Positions 13,342 to 25,859 of a DNA stretch of 64,000 nucleotides are shown here, piece after piece. The stretch comes from Podarcis filfolensis. Lineage: Eukaryota. The stretch lies in the NCBI GenBank assembly GCA_964270895.1, contig OZ185443.1; one strand, given 5' to 3'. The first letter of the stretch is position 1. Each line of letters opens with the position of its first letter. A program made the position numbers and the translations under genes. The notes under the pieces were generated by a model. The model was given only the letters and a program-made list of their open reading frames with translations. It did not search any database and was not told the origin of the DNA.

Positions 13342-13498
13342 TCAAAGCTTCATGAAGCTGTGGCAAGTTTTTGCAAAGGTCACATTGGAGAAATCAAGGT
13401 GGTGTTTGTCTACTTCAGAAACAAAATCTGGGGCTTTGGAGTTCTTGTCTTTCACTGAGATACAAAATGGGAGGAGAAGCCGAAGATTTTAACTTATC
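13342..13498 (-). CDS. Candidate terminal coding exon of an unidentified minus-strand gene
   Basis: Acceptor ttttaattgcag| at 13498 gives DKLKSSASPPILYLSERQELQSPRFCF*; alternative acceptor tatctcag| at 13454 gives (x)KDKNSKAPDFVSEVDKHHLDFSNVTFAKTCHSFMKL*. Protein not recognised. Confidence 0.2.
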
Positions 13499-14429
13499 CT
13501 GCAATTAAAACAATTATGCATTCTTTTCATTATTCACTGCAATGTTGAGTATTTGGGTAAATGTCCTCACATCAGGAGGATTCTGGGGGATGGCATAATT
13601 GAACCAGAGCAATAAACAACAACAAAAAAAAGTTAATCCATCATGTCAGGTGTGCTGCTTAAAGAGACTAACCCGAACTTGAAGCCGGGAAGAGTCTTCT
13701 TGCTTCCTGATTAAAATGTGATTATAAATTACAGTGTGAATGCTGTAATTTCAACAAGGGTTTTTACTCTCAGAACCTGACCTTGAGCTAAAAAGAAAAA
13801 ACAACCATTTGTTGTTGTTGTTTGGCCTGTTTTGATGCTTTTATTCAGAATATCCATGGGAGAAAAGGATCGCGACGTGTGGACAGAAAAAATCTGTGGC
13901 ATGGAGTTGCCTCTCTACATAACAGCGGTTTTCAGATTTTCTACCTTCACCTTGTCTGTAAAAGGCTCCCTATGCATCTGTCACATAGAACCTCTGATTG
14001 TAGGCTTGGTTGAAAGTGGGCACACTCTTTATGTAAGGCTCAAAGGTTCAGTCCAGCACTCCATCCACCACATCAGGAGTGGGGACCTCAGGTGACTGGA
14101 GACTGACTGTGTACCAGGCCTGACATCTTCAGCCATGGAAACACTGCTTTCTCGATAAATGGATTGATCTGCCAGCTAATTTTCATGCACTCTTTGTGCT
14201 TCCTTTGGCTGTGGACGTGGAATTCACCAGGTGGTTTAAAGTGTGATCAGCTGCTGTAAATTGAATTCTTTTTCCAGGAATAGGTCAGTTTCTTTCCTCT
14301 CTCCGGTTGCAGATATTATACACCAAGCTTCATCACTAGGGATGGAGGAAGAATTTGGTCCACTTTTCTGACTGATCTGATCTGAAAAGCCTAAATTTTC
14401 TTGAGGGATAAATGAGAGTGGGGACTTAC

Positions 14430-14470
14430 CTTTCTCCAGCAGCAGTGACTTTTCTCAATGTTGCCATTTC
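14430..14470 (-). CDS. Candidate 41-nt exon (minus strand)
   Basis: ggcatttag|GAAATGG...GAGAAAG|gtaagt, consensus donor; frame (G)NGNIEKSHCCWRK ends in phase 0, compatible with the 13498 acceptor. Confidence 0.22.
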
Positions 14471-15454
14471 CTAAATGCCACCATTTTATTTTCCCAGAAT
14501 GCTCCTAATGTGTTATTCTGTAGCATCCCATGGGAAAAAATGGAGGTTGATATCACTTATTCCTACCCAAAATGCTACAGAAGATGCAATGTCAGGTTTG
14601 GGTACCACTGCACTGCGTTCCTCAAGAGCAGCTTTTTATTTCCTTCCTGGAATTAATGTGTGGCACCCAGTAGTACTGAGTGCAGAAAGAAAATGATTGG
14701 GGTTAAACATGCTCCTTACCCCTAGTCACCCAACTATTAATTATCGAGCCTGCACCTCTCTGCTTAGCCCCATCCTGGGTTCTGTCTCTTGGTCATGCTG
14801 AGCGTGACAAGTTGTTGGGAGTGCTACAGAATGTTGGGAACTGGCAGATAGATACTTGGAATTACTATTTAAAAGTGACCACTGTGGCACTACCCTTCTG
14901 ATGTTTATACAAATGCATATACTTCTAGTTCACTGGCTGCATTTTAGACTTTAATTGCCCTGGCCCAGAGACTGAAAAGCTTTTAGTTGATTGCACACAT
15001 TAGATTAGACTCTTGGACCTGACAATTGACTTGGGCGGTTATTACTATTTCCAGCACTGCAGTATAATTTGTGAGTTTCCTCCATCTGGGGCATCACACA
15101 CACACAAAAAAAGCTGTGTTGCAGATTTTCATTCTTCATATCTGTGACAGTTGCACTTGTAGGGCTTCTGTGTGAAACAGAATACAAAAGGGTGTGCTTC
15201 AACTAGGACATTGCTTGCGTTCTCAAAAGCTGCTACATTAGAACCCATGAAGACCCCCTCTGGGCCAGGTTCTAGTCTAGCATTCTGTTCCAGCAGTGGC
15301 CAACCAAGTGCCTATCAGAAGTCCACAAGCAGGACTCAGTGGCGGCTGGTGCTCCTTGGGACAGAAGGCCAGCAGCAAGTGGATCCACAGCCAATGATAG
15401 GCAGAGCCAACTAATTCTAGTTTTGTCCCCATCCTCCTTCCTGGTGAGTTCTAC

Positions 15455-15911
15455 ACCAGGGCCCAATTGAAAGTGCTGGTTTTGACCTGTAAAGCCTTAA
15501 AGGGCTCAGGAGCACAATACTTCAAGAACTGCCTCTCTCCATGTGAACCTACCCTGACCCTTCAATCATCTTCTGAGGCCCTTCTTCATGTGTCTCCTCC
15601 ACGAGAGGTCCAGAGGCTTCGAACAGAAGAACAGGCCTTTTCTCTAGTGGTTTCCGTTTAGGGAATGCTCTCCCCAGGGATGTTTGGCTGGTGCCTTCAT
15701 TATACACCTTCAGGTGTCAGGCGAAAATGTTCCTCTTTAACCAGGCCTTTGGCTGATGGACTTCTAGTGCCCTTGTGGGAGTGTGGATTATTGGGTTGTC
15801 TTTGTTTTTATTTTGTGCTTTCTACATTGTGATTTTATGTGATGAGCCGCTCTGAGATCTATGGCTATAGAGTGGTATACAAATAATAATAATAGTAATA
15901 ATAATAATAAT
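15455..15911 (+). mobile_element. L2-clade LINE 3' fragment
   Basis: Encodes KVLVLTCKALKGSGAQYFKNCL...LQSSSEALL...QAFS (L2/CR1-group ORF2 C-terminus), then 3' UTR and (AAT)n tail. Confidence 0.85.
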
Positions 15912-16208
15912 ACAGCCCTCCAGCCTCTAATGGACCAGCCTCCCCTGACAGGACTTGAATGCAACAGTGCTCTCCCCATTGGTTATTTCCAGCATCTAGA
16001 ATTGTGAGTTACCCAGGGGAGTTCCAGCACTGCTCTTGTGGGCTAGCCATTGATAACCTCTTTCCCTGTAATTCAGGTTTGTGGCCATGACTACATCTTG
16101 CGTGAGACGACAAAGGCTTAATACTGGAAAAGCTACTAAACTGTAGAGGAGCTGGTTGACAATAGGGATCTGGTTCACAATGTAGCTGTTTAGGTGTCAT
16201 TGGGTATA

Positions 16209-16675
16209 CAGTGAGGGGGAAAAGTATTTGATCCCCTGCTAAATTTGCCTGTTTGCCCTCTGACGAAGAAATGACCAGTCCATAATTTTAATGGTAGGTT
16301 TATTGTAGCTGTGAGAGACAGAATAACAACAGGAAAACCCCCCAGAAACCCAGAAGACAAAAGCCAGGGATTGATGTGCATTATAATGAGTGAAATAAGT
16401 ATTTGATCCCTTTGCAAAAGATGACTTAGTACTTGGTGGCAAAACCCTTGTTGGCAATTGCAGAGGTCAGACATTTCTTGTAAGTGGCCACCAGGTTTGC
16501 ACACATCTCAGGAGGTATTTTGTCCCACTCCTCTTTACTTTTCTGGGTTTCTGGAGTTTTCCCTGTTGTTATTCTGTCTCTCACAGATACAATAAACCTA
16601 CCATTAAAATTATGGACTGGTCAGAGGGCAAACGGGCAAATTTAGCAGGTGCTCAAATACTTTCCCCCCTCACTG
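16209..16675 (-). mobile_element. Internally deleted Tc1 transposon of IR/DR type
   Basis: Long inverted repeats starting CAGTGAGGGGGAAAAGTATTTG; TA TSD both sides; inner direct repeat AAGTATTTGATCCC at ~16397-16410; minus-strand transposase C-terminus KEEWDKIPPEMCANLVATYKKCLTSAIANKGFATKY* at 16426-16536. Confidence 0.92.
16426..16536 (-). pseudogene. Tc1 transposase C-terminal 36 aa remnant
   Basis: Manual translation KEEWDKIPPEMCANLVATYKKCLTSAIANKGFATKY*, the typical ...W..IP...C..LV......L..VI..KG..TKY end of Tc1 transposases. Confidence 0.9.
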
Positions 16676-17796
16676 TATTTCTGAAGTACGGTGTGTGGGG
16701 GTGGGGGGAGGTCAAAGGGAAGACAAAACATTGGCTTTGCAATACATGCACAGATTCGAGAAATTGTACAGCTCCTCACTCAGGTCACCAGTCAGGTTAC
16801 CTGCCCACGGCTTTGCTTTATGGGAAGCTTATGTTTCCCTTGCATCACACCAGCTTGGGTGATGAAGTTGTTCCGGGGTCTTTTGGCCCTGAACAGCATG
16901 CAGGAAATTTTCTACCTGCCTGTGCAGATTATGCCTGCCTGCACTTGTTATATGAGATCGACACAAAGTGCTCATTGCTATATTTTAAGAGATATATTTT
17001 ACCAATTCATGCTTTGTCAAGTCTTCATTCTGGGTGTAGGGGAGTCTCTGGTTATATACTAACCAAACGTTAGACAGCCTTGGGATACAGCATAATATAG
17101 GACAAATAAAACCGAAGAATGAAACTGGAATGGATGAGATGCTGACAATTGGACATCTCCTGGAAAGAAATCCTGGAGTACATTTGGTAAGTCAGCATTC
17201 AGAGGCAAATAAATATTGCAACCCACTCACAGATATAGATAGAGAATAGCTCAAGGTCAAAAAGCACTGTCGGTGGTTTTAACTGCATTTGTAAATTGTG
17301 GGAGAAAACATGAATCTTGTATGCCGCATAATGGATTTTAATTCTTGCACTCAGTCTTTGCATTATAACTTCTTCCTTGATTGCTCATCATTCATCAGAT
17401 ATATTCTAAATGTGTGGATGCTCTGGACTAATCTATTAATCCAGTCGCTGATAGTTTAGCCATAGCCTTTGGCAATGGCTTGGAAGCTTTGTTTGGTGCA
17501 GAATGAGGAAGCCAGAGTTTTATCTGGAAGAAATCCACTGGTTCCCTGTTGGCTTCTGGGCCCAATTCAAATCGCTGGTGCTTTTAAGCTCTAAATGAGT
17601 TAAGATCCAAGTACCTGAGATAATGGCTTCACCCATACCAATCTGTCTGCATGTTAAGATGCACATCTGCTGGTCATCTTTTCTCTCTTTCAGAGATGAG
17701 GTATGTTTTAATGAAAGGGGAATTTTTTTGGCCATGACACTCTGATTGCAAAATCTCCCCCACCCAGCTCCATTATTGTACTGTACTGTAAAGGCT

Positions 17797-18007
17797 CCTG
17801 CCAACTAGCAGTTCAAAAGCACGTCAAAGTGGCAGGAAGGTAAACTGCGTTTCCGTGTGCTGCTCTGGTTCGCCAGAAGCGGCTTAGTCATCCTGGCCAC
17901 ATAACCCGGAAGCTGTATGCCGGCTCCCTCGGCCAATAAAGCAAGATGAGCACCGCAACCCCAGTCAGTCATGACTGGACCTAATGGTCAGGGGTCCCTT
18001 TACCTTA
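17797..18007 (+). mobile_element. 5'-truncated Sauria SINE
   Basis: 3' two-thirds of the SINE ending gtccctttacctt; 14-bp TSD GTACTGTAAAG(G/A)CT; lacks the internal caagtagataaataggtacc segment. Confidence 0.9.
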
Positions 18008-18260
18008 GTACTGTAAAGACTTTTTCAACATTCAAGCAGGTGTTTTAGACATCCTGACAGGCATTGTGTTTCTAATGGGCAAGTTTTATGCTTATGTTGT
18101 ACTTCGTAAATGGCTTCAAAATCTCTAGATATCTGGAGTATCAAGTACACAATGCATTTTAGAATCGAAAAGAGGCATTGCAAAAGCTACTTTTGTAGCC
18201 CCACTCGTACTAAAGTCACATAAAGCCTGCGAGGCCCAGGTGTCTAGGGACTGGCTCCTG

Positions 18261-18587
18261 GGCTGGATATAGCTCAGGTGGTAGAGCATGGACGCAGCTA
18301 GATTGGTAAAGAAAAAGCGTTTTATATGCGTTGTATATGCAATATAACACTGTGACACCAGATGGCACTGGAGAGTCCCGTCTTTCCCTACTGGATTTCC
18401 CTGTATGAGTTTACAACGTGTTTAACCGAATCGCTTCTTTGATGTGTCTAGATCCAGCTCAAGAGACTCTTAATCTCATGATCGTGGGTTTGAGCCCCAT
18501 GTCGGGCCAAAGATTCCTGCATTGCAGGGGGTTGTACTAGATGACCCCCACGGTCCCTTCCAACTCTACAATTCTATGATTCTATGA
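18261..18587 (+). mobile_element. tRNA-Lys(CTT)-derived SINE with CR1 tail; head apparently split by a ~170-bp insertion
   Basis: tagctcaggtggtagagcat (18269-18289) plus gagactcttaatctcatgatcgtgggtttgagcccc (from 18463) rejoin into a tRNA-Lys-like sequence; CR1 3' end ggtcccttccaactctacaattctatgattctatga. Confidence 0.75.
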
Positions 18588-19719
18588 CATCATAAAATGC
18601 CATGTTCTGTGCCCATTACAGTGCTGTCACCACAAGAAAAAAATAGCACCTTTGATGCATGTTTTAATGGCAAAATAATCATTTCAGTGTAGTTCTAGAA
18701 TTGGCAGTTCTACCCAAGAGATGTGTGTGTGAGTTTGTGAGTGTGTGTGTTGAAGAGTGATTTCTTTTAAAAGCATATAATTGAGATGTAGAACCATGAG
18801 TTCAAACAGCATTTCCTCCCCTTACATAAACCAGCCTCGAATCTTTCCTCTTTAGACCTTTCAAGCCGCTGCAGCATCTGTGACTTGAATTAGCAGAACA
18901 GCTGTTGACCTTTTCAACACACAGTGCACAGAAGGACCCATCACAATTCCTAGTAGGTCACGCAGAGCCTGTTTCTTAGAGAGCAGCGGCTGCATTCAAA
19001 CTGCAGCTTGCTGGTTATGCCATTTGTGATGTTATACTTGGTATAAAGACCTGCATCCAGCATCGCTCCCTATTTCAGAGCTCTTGCCTGTTGTTGTTAT
19101 CATCAGGAGTTAGGATACAACTCTATTCCTGGTTATTTATTTATTTTTATTTTTATTATATTTATATGTTGACTTTCCTCCATCATGGAGCCCAAAATGG
19201 CTCCCAGGCCATTATCCCATCCAGGCACTGACCAGATCCAGACCTGCTTAGCTTCAGCAAGGTGGTGGCTTCATGTGCCTTCAGATGATATATGACATAG
19301 ATGTGAATAGAGAACTGGGTTTCCTTCATGGTGATGGGCTTGCTCCTGGTGTACTGTGAATTTCTTCCCTCAGGAGGCCCATCCAAACCTGGGTTTCCCA
19401 GTTTTTTGGAAACTGCTATAAACGGCATTTCATGAATTTATTTAATCGGAGGTCTGGTGCTAAATTTGAGATAGCTGCCTTTGTGATTTTCCTTTTTTGT
19501 CAACAATGCGATGGTATTTTTGTATTCTGGCAATTGTGAAATGCCACGATTTTGTAGGAGAAAGAAATATCATTACAATTATTAATGCACTGCCGCCATC
19601 CATGCAGCATGAAACAGTGTTTCCACTTACGCTAAGCATGTCTTCTTCACTGAGATGCATACCAAAAATGTTGCTGAAAATGGAAACTCTGGGGATAAAT
19701 GTAGCCTAGTATATACCAT

Positions 19720-19880
19720 GTTGGACCTGGAAGACTGGAGGTTAAATCACCACTTGGCTGTGAACAAACTAGTTGGTCTTGGTTAGGTCAGTATCTTTCA
19801 GCCCCATGTCTCTATCTAAATGGAAAGACAGTGAAGTTATATATATCTCTTGAAGATGAGTGTGATGGGGATGAAAAATA
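19720..19880 (+). mobile_element. Old MIR/CORE-like SINE remnant
   Basis: Degenerate tRNA-like head followed by tcttggttaggtcagtatctttcagcccc...ctatctaaatgg core-like text. Confidence 0.35.
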
Positions 19881-20395
19881 AGGAAGCTATGGCTGAATTC
19901 TAATTTTGATACTGGGTTATTTCTAAACATGGTACAAAAATAGAACATTAGTGCTGGACATGTGGAAATCAATAGCTGGAGTGCCTTCTCCAACTCAAGA
20001 CTGAGGAGGTCAATCTAGTGAGATGGAACATAGAGTTGTAACAAAGGCTGCAAACCCATGTTGGGAAGAAATCTATAGGACTGGGCTGGTTTTTATTTCT
20101 TTTACATCTTTCTTGATTTTGTCCCCCCCCCCCAATTCTCTCAGCCCCCTTCCAAATATTATGTGAAGTACCACTCCTCCAAACTTTTCTGCCCATCAAT
20201 AAAGTGGTGCAACTTCTGTTGCAGTTTTGATTTTTGTTTTTATATCATTGCGATGTTGTTGAAAGCAAGCAATGGATATGTCCCCTATTCCTTCCAGTTC
20301 TCATAAATTGGCCCATTGCTTCCTGCCATTCACTAGACTGAACGAATGATACATCTTCATTCATTATTGACGGAGCCAAAATGGATCAGAAGACA

Positions 20396-20861
20396 CCGTA
20401 TTTTTCCGTGTATAACACGCCCCCATATATAAGATGCCCCCTATTTTGGGGGACTCAAATTTAAGAAAATGGGGGAGATGGTCCAAAGTTGTTAAGCCTT
20501 TTTTGGGGGGGTCCAGAAAATCACTAACCCAATTAACAAACGCGCACACCACAGCCAACATGCGTCTGCCCGCTCACCAACAGCAGACGGCAATCGCACA
20601 CCCAATTCCCGAAGCGTCAGCCAATCCAAAGCAACCCTTGCCACGGCAACCAATCACCCCCCTATTGCCGCAGCAGCAGCCAATCCAAAGCAGCACGTGA
20701 CACAGCCCCCAATCACCCACAAAATCACCACTGACAAGCTCCTGCTCGCGGCTGCAACCAATCACCTGTCCCCACCATGCACTATCCATGTATAGGACAA
20801 CCCCCATTGTTTTACCTTATTTTAGAGTAAAAAAGCTCGTCTTATACATGAAAAAGTACAG
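20396..20861. mobile_element. pogo/Tc2-like non-autonomous DNA transposon
   Basis: TIRs CCGTATTTTTCCGTGTATAACACG / CGTCTTATACATGAAAAAGTACAG followed by TA; C-rich ccaatc-repeating interior. Confidence 0.75.
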
Positions 20862-21049
20862 TAATTTTCTGGAAAATGGTTAGAGAACTGGTTTTTTGTG
20901 TGTGTGTTTTTTTTTGCTATTTCAAAACCCAAACACTTAACAAATCCCCTATTTTTATTTTTGTTTGTTTGTTTTATTGGCACCTTGGTGGAGGGAAGTT
21001 TTATTGGGGAGCTTTGGGGATGCCATGTTCTCATGCCCCCTAGAAGATA

Positions 21050-21272
21050 CAGTAGTGCCTCAGGTTAATTCGTTCTGGAGGTCCATTCTTAACCTGAAAC
21101 TGTTCTTAACCTGAAGCACCACTTTAGCTAATGGGGCCTCCCGCTGCTGCCATGCGATTTCTGTTCTCATCCTGAAGCAAAGTTCTTAACCCAAGGTACT
21201 ATTTCTGGGTTAGCCGAGTCTGTAACCTGAAGCGTCTGTAACCTGAAGCATCTGTAACCCGAGGTACCACTG
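21050..21272. mobile_element. Tigger-like MITE
   Basis: TIRs CAGTAGTGCCTCAGGTTA / TAACCCGAGGTACCACTG, TA TSDs; internal tctgtaacctgaagc repeats. Confidence 0.85.
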
Positions 21273-22736
21273 TACTGCTTTGTTGATTAGGCAAGGACAG
21301 GGACCGCCAGCATTTATTCATGGCCCAGTAAATCCAGAGAATTCATACTGCTACATTTTCACTGGAAGGGTGTGTGCTGTGTCATGCCCTAGGGCTCTGA
21401 AGTTTGAACACATTGAGTCCTAGCCAGCTTACTAGGCTGGGTCTTCTGCTCAGCTATGAGGTTTCCAGTTCAAGCTCCAGAGCCCCCAACCCCTTTGTAA
21501 AACATCTACAGTACGTCAAGTGCTCCTAACCTTTCGCCTGTGGCGGTTAACGTCTTTCTCTTGGAGTTATTTTCTGTAACGGTTGCAACAGAAGGGAGGG
21601 CCTGCCTCTTGTCACTTGTGAGTCATAGCACATATATTTAAAACTTTGCCTGGCTTGGAAACAACTTGTTAAAATTCTAGTACATCCCCGCTAACTCCAA
21701 GGACTCCTTCCTATACACGGCACGTAGCAGAGGTTCACATCAAAAGAGACAAATTTGATTTGAAGCTGAGCTCCAATTGTGTTGGCAATGCTTGGATGTA
21801 TGATTATTCTAAAAGGATAATAATGTGGCTGAACTGTTGGTGGCGAAACCGAGGAAGTTGGGTCATATATTGGAAAGGTACAAAAGGAAATGGAATTCAG
21901 GGGATGAGGCTGGTTAATTACAAGGGAGATAAAAGAAAATTAATTAAAAGAAGCAACCCATGAGCTGTTTGAAAACATTGCTATCTATAGGGGCAATTGG
22001 CACTAATTGGTTATTTTATTTTCAAACAACAACAACACCTAAGACTTAGTTGATTTATTCAAAGGATGCCATCCTGCAGTTCATTACAATATTTCATTGA
22101 ACTTGCAGGCCTTCAATACTTGAAATATAATGGACTTTATTCTTAAGGCATTGTAGTGGAAAAGTAATCAGGGCTCCCCCTTAAATGTCTGAAGAATATC
22201 TACAACATGTGCTTTATCAGTGTGACTTTTGAAATTGCAGGCAAATGAACATTGTGCAATCAACTGCATTAGAGCCTCGGGGAGTAATCCACTAAATGTT
22301 GCCCGCCCCCATGCAAGGACCATTAAAATGAATGGGCATGGCGTGAGGTGGTTGTTGACAGATACACTGCATGTGGTCTTATTTTTTCTCTTTGAGAAAG
22401 CAACGGAAGCTGTGAAGGAAGGGCTCTTTCAAACTACACAGTATACAATGATGGGTGCTGGGGGAAAAGATTAAAAATGTTCCCCATAATTCCCTGGTTT
22501 CAATTGACTAGAATATTCCCTCAAAGATTCCAGGCCTGTTAGAAGGGTTGGAATTAGGTAAGATAGTTCCTTGGGGCGATGGGCAAGATCTTGCAAGAGT
22601 GTTGCACAAGAGAGCAGCACCCACCGAGATCTTGTGTGAAAAAACAGGATGTCCTGGGGGTTTTCCAGGGCACTTGGGAGATATGGGTTTCCTAGAAGTG
22701 TGTTCATTTCGTGCAGCACCAACAACAAACTTTCTG

Positions 22737-22739
<3 letters not shown>

Positions 22740-22799
<60 letters not shown>
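22740..22799. repeat. (CT)n microsatellite, ~30 units
   Basis: Directly visible. Confidence 0.98.
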
Positions 22800-22802
<3 letters not shown>

Positions 22803-24797
22803 TTGTGTGAGACACACCTCAAACAAGTCCTCAAACACCCCAAGGCACCCCGGTTCATCCTGTCATATAAAACCTCTGTGCACCCCTACTTCAGACTATA
22901 CTCTGTGAAGATATACAGAGCAATGAGTTCTCCTTATCTCTGGTTCCCCCTCTCCCCAAGCTGCTGAAATTGAACACTGGGAAAGGGCTTGATCCCCTAA
23001 CAGGAGTTTTGCAAGAAAAGGGACTGTGGGATGGAACCTACTGAGTCTATAATAATTAGAGTTCCTATTTACTCATTAATATACTGGAGAGAATTAGGCA
23101 GTTTGAACACAATAGGCTTCCACAAAAGATATAGACTATGTAATTGGAATTTGCTGCTTAAATGTGGGATAAGGAGCGGGGGGAATCAGCACTGCAGGAG
23201 GAGAGATAAAATGCAGCTTCTCTAGGTTTTGAAAGAGCAAAAATGAGCGCTGCCTCATATTCGCCCCAGTATCAAATGAATGTTTTTGTTTGCTCCACAT
23301 ATCAGCATTGGTGGGGGAATGAAATCACATGATGCACTTTCTAAACAAATAGCATTACATGTGTGCATCTTAATGCCTTTTATAAAATTATAATTGTTAG
23401 ACAAATCCTTTCGTCACAGGAGAGGTCACATGAGGTGAATTCTATTATTTGAAAAAGAAAGTCACACAATATGTTGGTGTTATGCATTAAGCACAAATGC
23501 CCTGGAATCAGACAGGGTGAATACTGAGGGAATATTGATGGTTTTCCACATTGAAGAATTCTTCATAACATGGAAAGGGCCCAGATCTACATACATTGCA
23601 AGTGCTGATTTTAAGAATATGAGAAGCCTCAAACAATCAACATAGAGTGGTGATATTTTAACACTTTAATGAAAGAGGGGGATTTTTTGGCCCATGTATT
23701 TAAAATAATGCAGTAGTAGACCTAAATCAATCTTGTAGCACCATGAACTCCAATTCCAGTTCCATCGGGAAAATGTATAGGGCACCAAATCTTCTGCCTC
23801 AGTTCCCCATATAGCATTTGCTCATGGGATGGTTGAGAGAAGGGATGCTAAAAGTGATTGTGTATTAAATGTGGCATTGTAATTTATTTGTTTGTTGCTA
23901 GGATTCTTTGCTGTATTTTTGCTATAATGCAACAATGCCAAGGAGATCTGTGAATGGAGCAATCCCCTCCACCTCCTACAACTCAGCTCCTTCATTGGTG
24001 TAGGCAGGAAAGGTGCTGTCAGATAAAATATAAAGCAGGTGGGGAGGGGAGACTATATGTGGGGAACCTGTGACCTTTTGCTTGAGAGAAAGCTTTTGCT
24101 AATGCTGCATTGCCTTTGCCATACAGATGTAACTAACCAATTCAGCAAGTCAGTGGCTAGGAGACTCATTCTCTTCCTTGCCCTTTCCCCCTATTGCCAT
24201 GTCTGCAATTCTGGTTGAGTAATTCTTTGGTAGATCAGCATGCCCATCCTATAAGGGGCATCTCAGTAGCTTTAACTCGTATAAGTAATGGAAGCATTTG
24301 TCCTGAAAGGACACCTTCCAGATCCAGTGAAACGATGGTTGGAATAGCTTTCAAATGTGGAGAGCAGTTTGAAAGGAAATGGCCTGATCAGCTTGCGAAA
24401 GTTATTGTAAATTGAGCCGTGTGAAGTAATATTGTCCTGCAGCTAGTTTCACATGGCAGCAGAAGAGGCTGATCTCTGAATGGTCCTTTGAAGCCAATAT
24501 TTGCTTATGCTTGTTGCTTCAGTCCAGGAATGGAGCACTTCTGAGCATTTCCTCTTTGAAGATACAAATAGGGATGTGATGTCTCCACTGAAACAAAGAG
24601 GGATCACCTTGAGATTTTGGGGGCTCCCTCCTATACCCACCCCGCCCCATCAAATTGTTGGTTTGGAACAAATCAGTGAAGCTACAATATCACAGGTGGC
24701 ATCCTCACAAAGAGGCTTACAGGCTCTGTTCCAGGAATGGGGGAACCATGGCCTCACAAATGGTGCTGGACTCCTCTTGGACCACAGAACATGCAGG

Positions 24798-25033
24798 TGT
24801 TGACATTTTCCATTCCACCTTAAGGAACAGGCATGAGATTGTTGCGTGTCACATGTCTGTTTACATTCCAGCACAGCTTGCTGGGAACTTCCATTTGTGT
24901 ATAGCTTTTGCTGTTCTCTCCGAGACGACATGAGAAAGAGAGACGACATGTTTCTTTGTTCTGATTTATGTTTAATAAATCTGTAGCTGTAGCATGACTT
25001 ATGCCTCACGCCTACTTCTGTGTGCATACCACA
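24798..25033 (+). mobile_element. Possible short solo LTR
   Basis: TGTT...ACCACA ends, AATAAA near the 3' end, 11-bp direct repeat GAGACGACATG x2; no convincing TSD. Confidence 0.3.
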
Positions 25034-25159
25034 CTCTGCTAATTGCCTGCCCTGGCTTTTGAAGTTTGGGTTGCTGATTTACGTTGGAGCACAGGCCGAT
25101 GGAAGGAGACGTCTGAGCTGGGCTTGCCAGCTGGCCTCCCGGACCCTCTGCATGTCGAC

Positions 25160-25226
25160 AACAGGCTGGGACTGATGGGAGTTGGAGTCCAAGAACATCT
25201 GGAGCACCATAGACTTTCCACTCCTG
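25160..25226. mobile_element. Right half of hAT hairpin MITE
   Basis: gatgggagttggagtccaagaacatctggagc...ccactcctg. Confidence 0.55.
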
Positions 25227-25669
25227 CTCTAATCCCTAAACAATATGCACAGTGTTACTGACCGATTTATCTACTGTCCAGAGAGTGTTCTTAGGGGAGA
25301 GGTCTTCTGTGTATGAAAGATGCAATCATGGTCCTTCGTTCAAAACCTTCTATAGATGGGATTACAAAGCAATTAACAGTATTAACAGTATTTCCATGCA
25401 TACCTGTCAGCTTTTCCCTTTTCTTGCGAGGAATCCTATTCGGAATAAGGGAATTTCTTTAAAAAAGGGAAACGTTGACAGCTATGTTTCCATGTTATAC
25501 GTTCTGCCTGATTATATTTTCAAATAGGCCATTTGGCTGGGAGTTCTGTATTTCTCCATTGTGGTCTCCCACTTTGAGGTTTACAACTCGTTTCCATGAA
25601 ACGCTTTTTTGGTGCATCTAGATCCAGCCACTGATTCATGGGATGAACAGCTCACAATCTGGACTCACA

Positions 25670-25859
25670 GGGTGTGTTTGGTGGTAAAGCATTGGATCTG
25701 CATGGAGAACGTCCCAGCTATCAATCCCTGGCAACTTCAGGGTGGGCTAAAAGAGACCCCCATCCAAACTCCTGGATAGCCACTGCCAGTCAGTGCAGAC
25801 AATACTGAGGTAGATGGACCAATAGTCTGACTCAGTATAGGGCAGTTTCCTATGTTCCT
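25670..25859 (+). mobile_element. Squam2 / Anolis-SINE2-like tRNA-derived SINE
   Basis: gtggtaaagca...gtcccag...tcaatccctggca head; tail gccactgccagtcagtgcagacaatactgag...gtctgactcagtata...ttcctatgttcct. Confidence 0.75.

Noticed and set aside
13832-14095. EKDRDVWTEKI resembling a PH-domain C-terminal helix
   Set aside because: No suitable donor and no other PH-domain exons; single short match
16612-17073. Overlapping 153- and 123-aa plus ORFs
   Set aside because: Begin in the Tc1 TIR; no recognisable homology or consistent splice structure
18261-18510. tRNA-Lys gene
   Set aside because: Interrupted, mutated in the T-arm and fused to a CR1 tail, so SINE-derived rather than a functional tRNA
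22508-22967. ORFs of 65-139 aa with poly-SL/ER tracts
   Set aside because: Read-through of the (CT)n microsatellite
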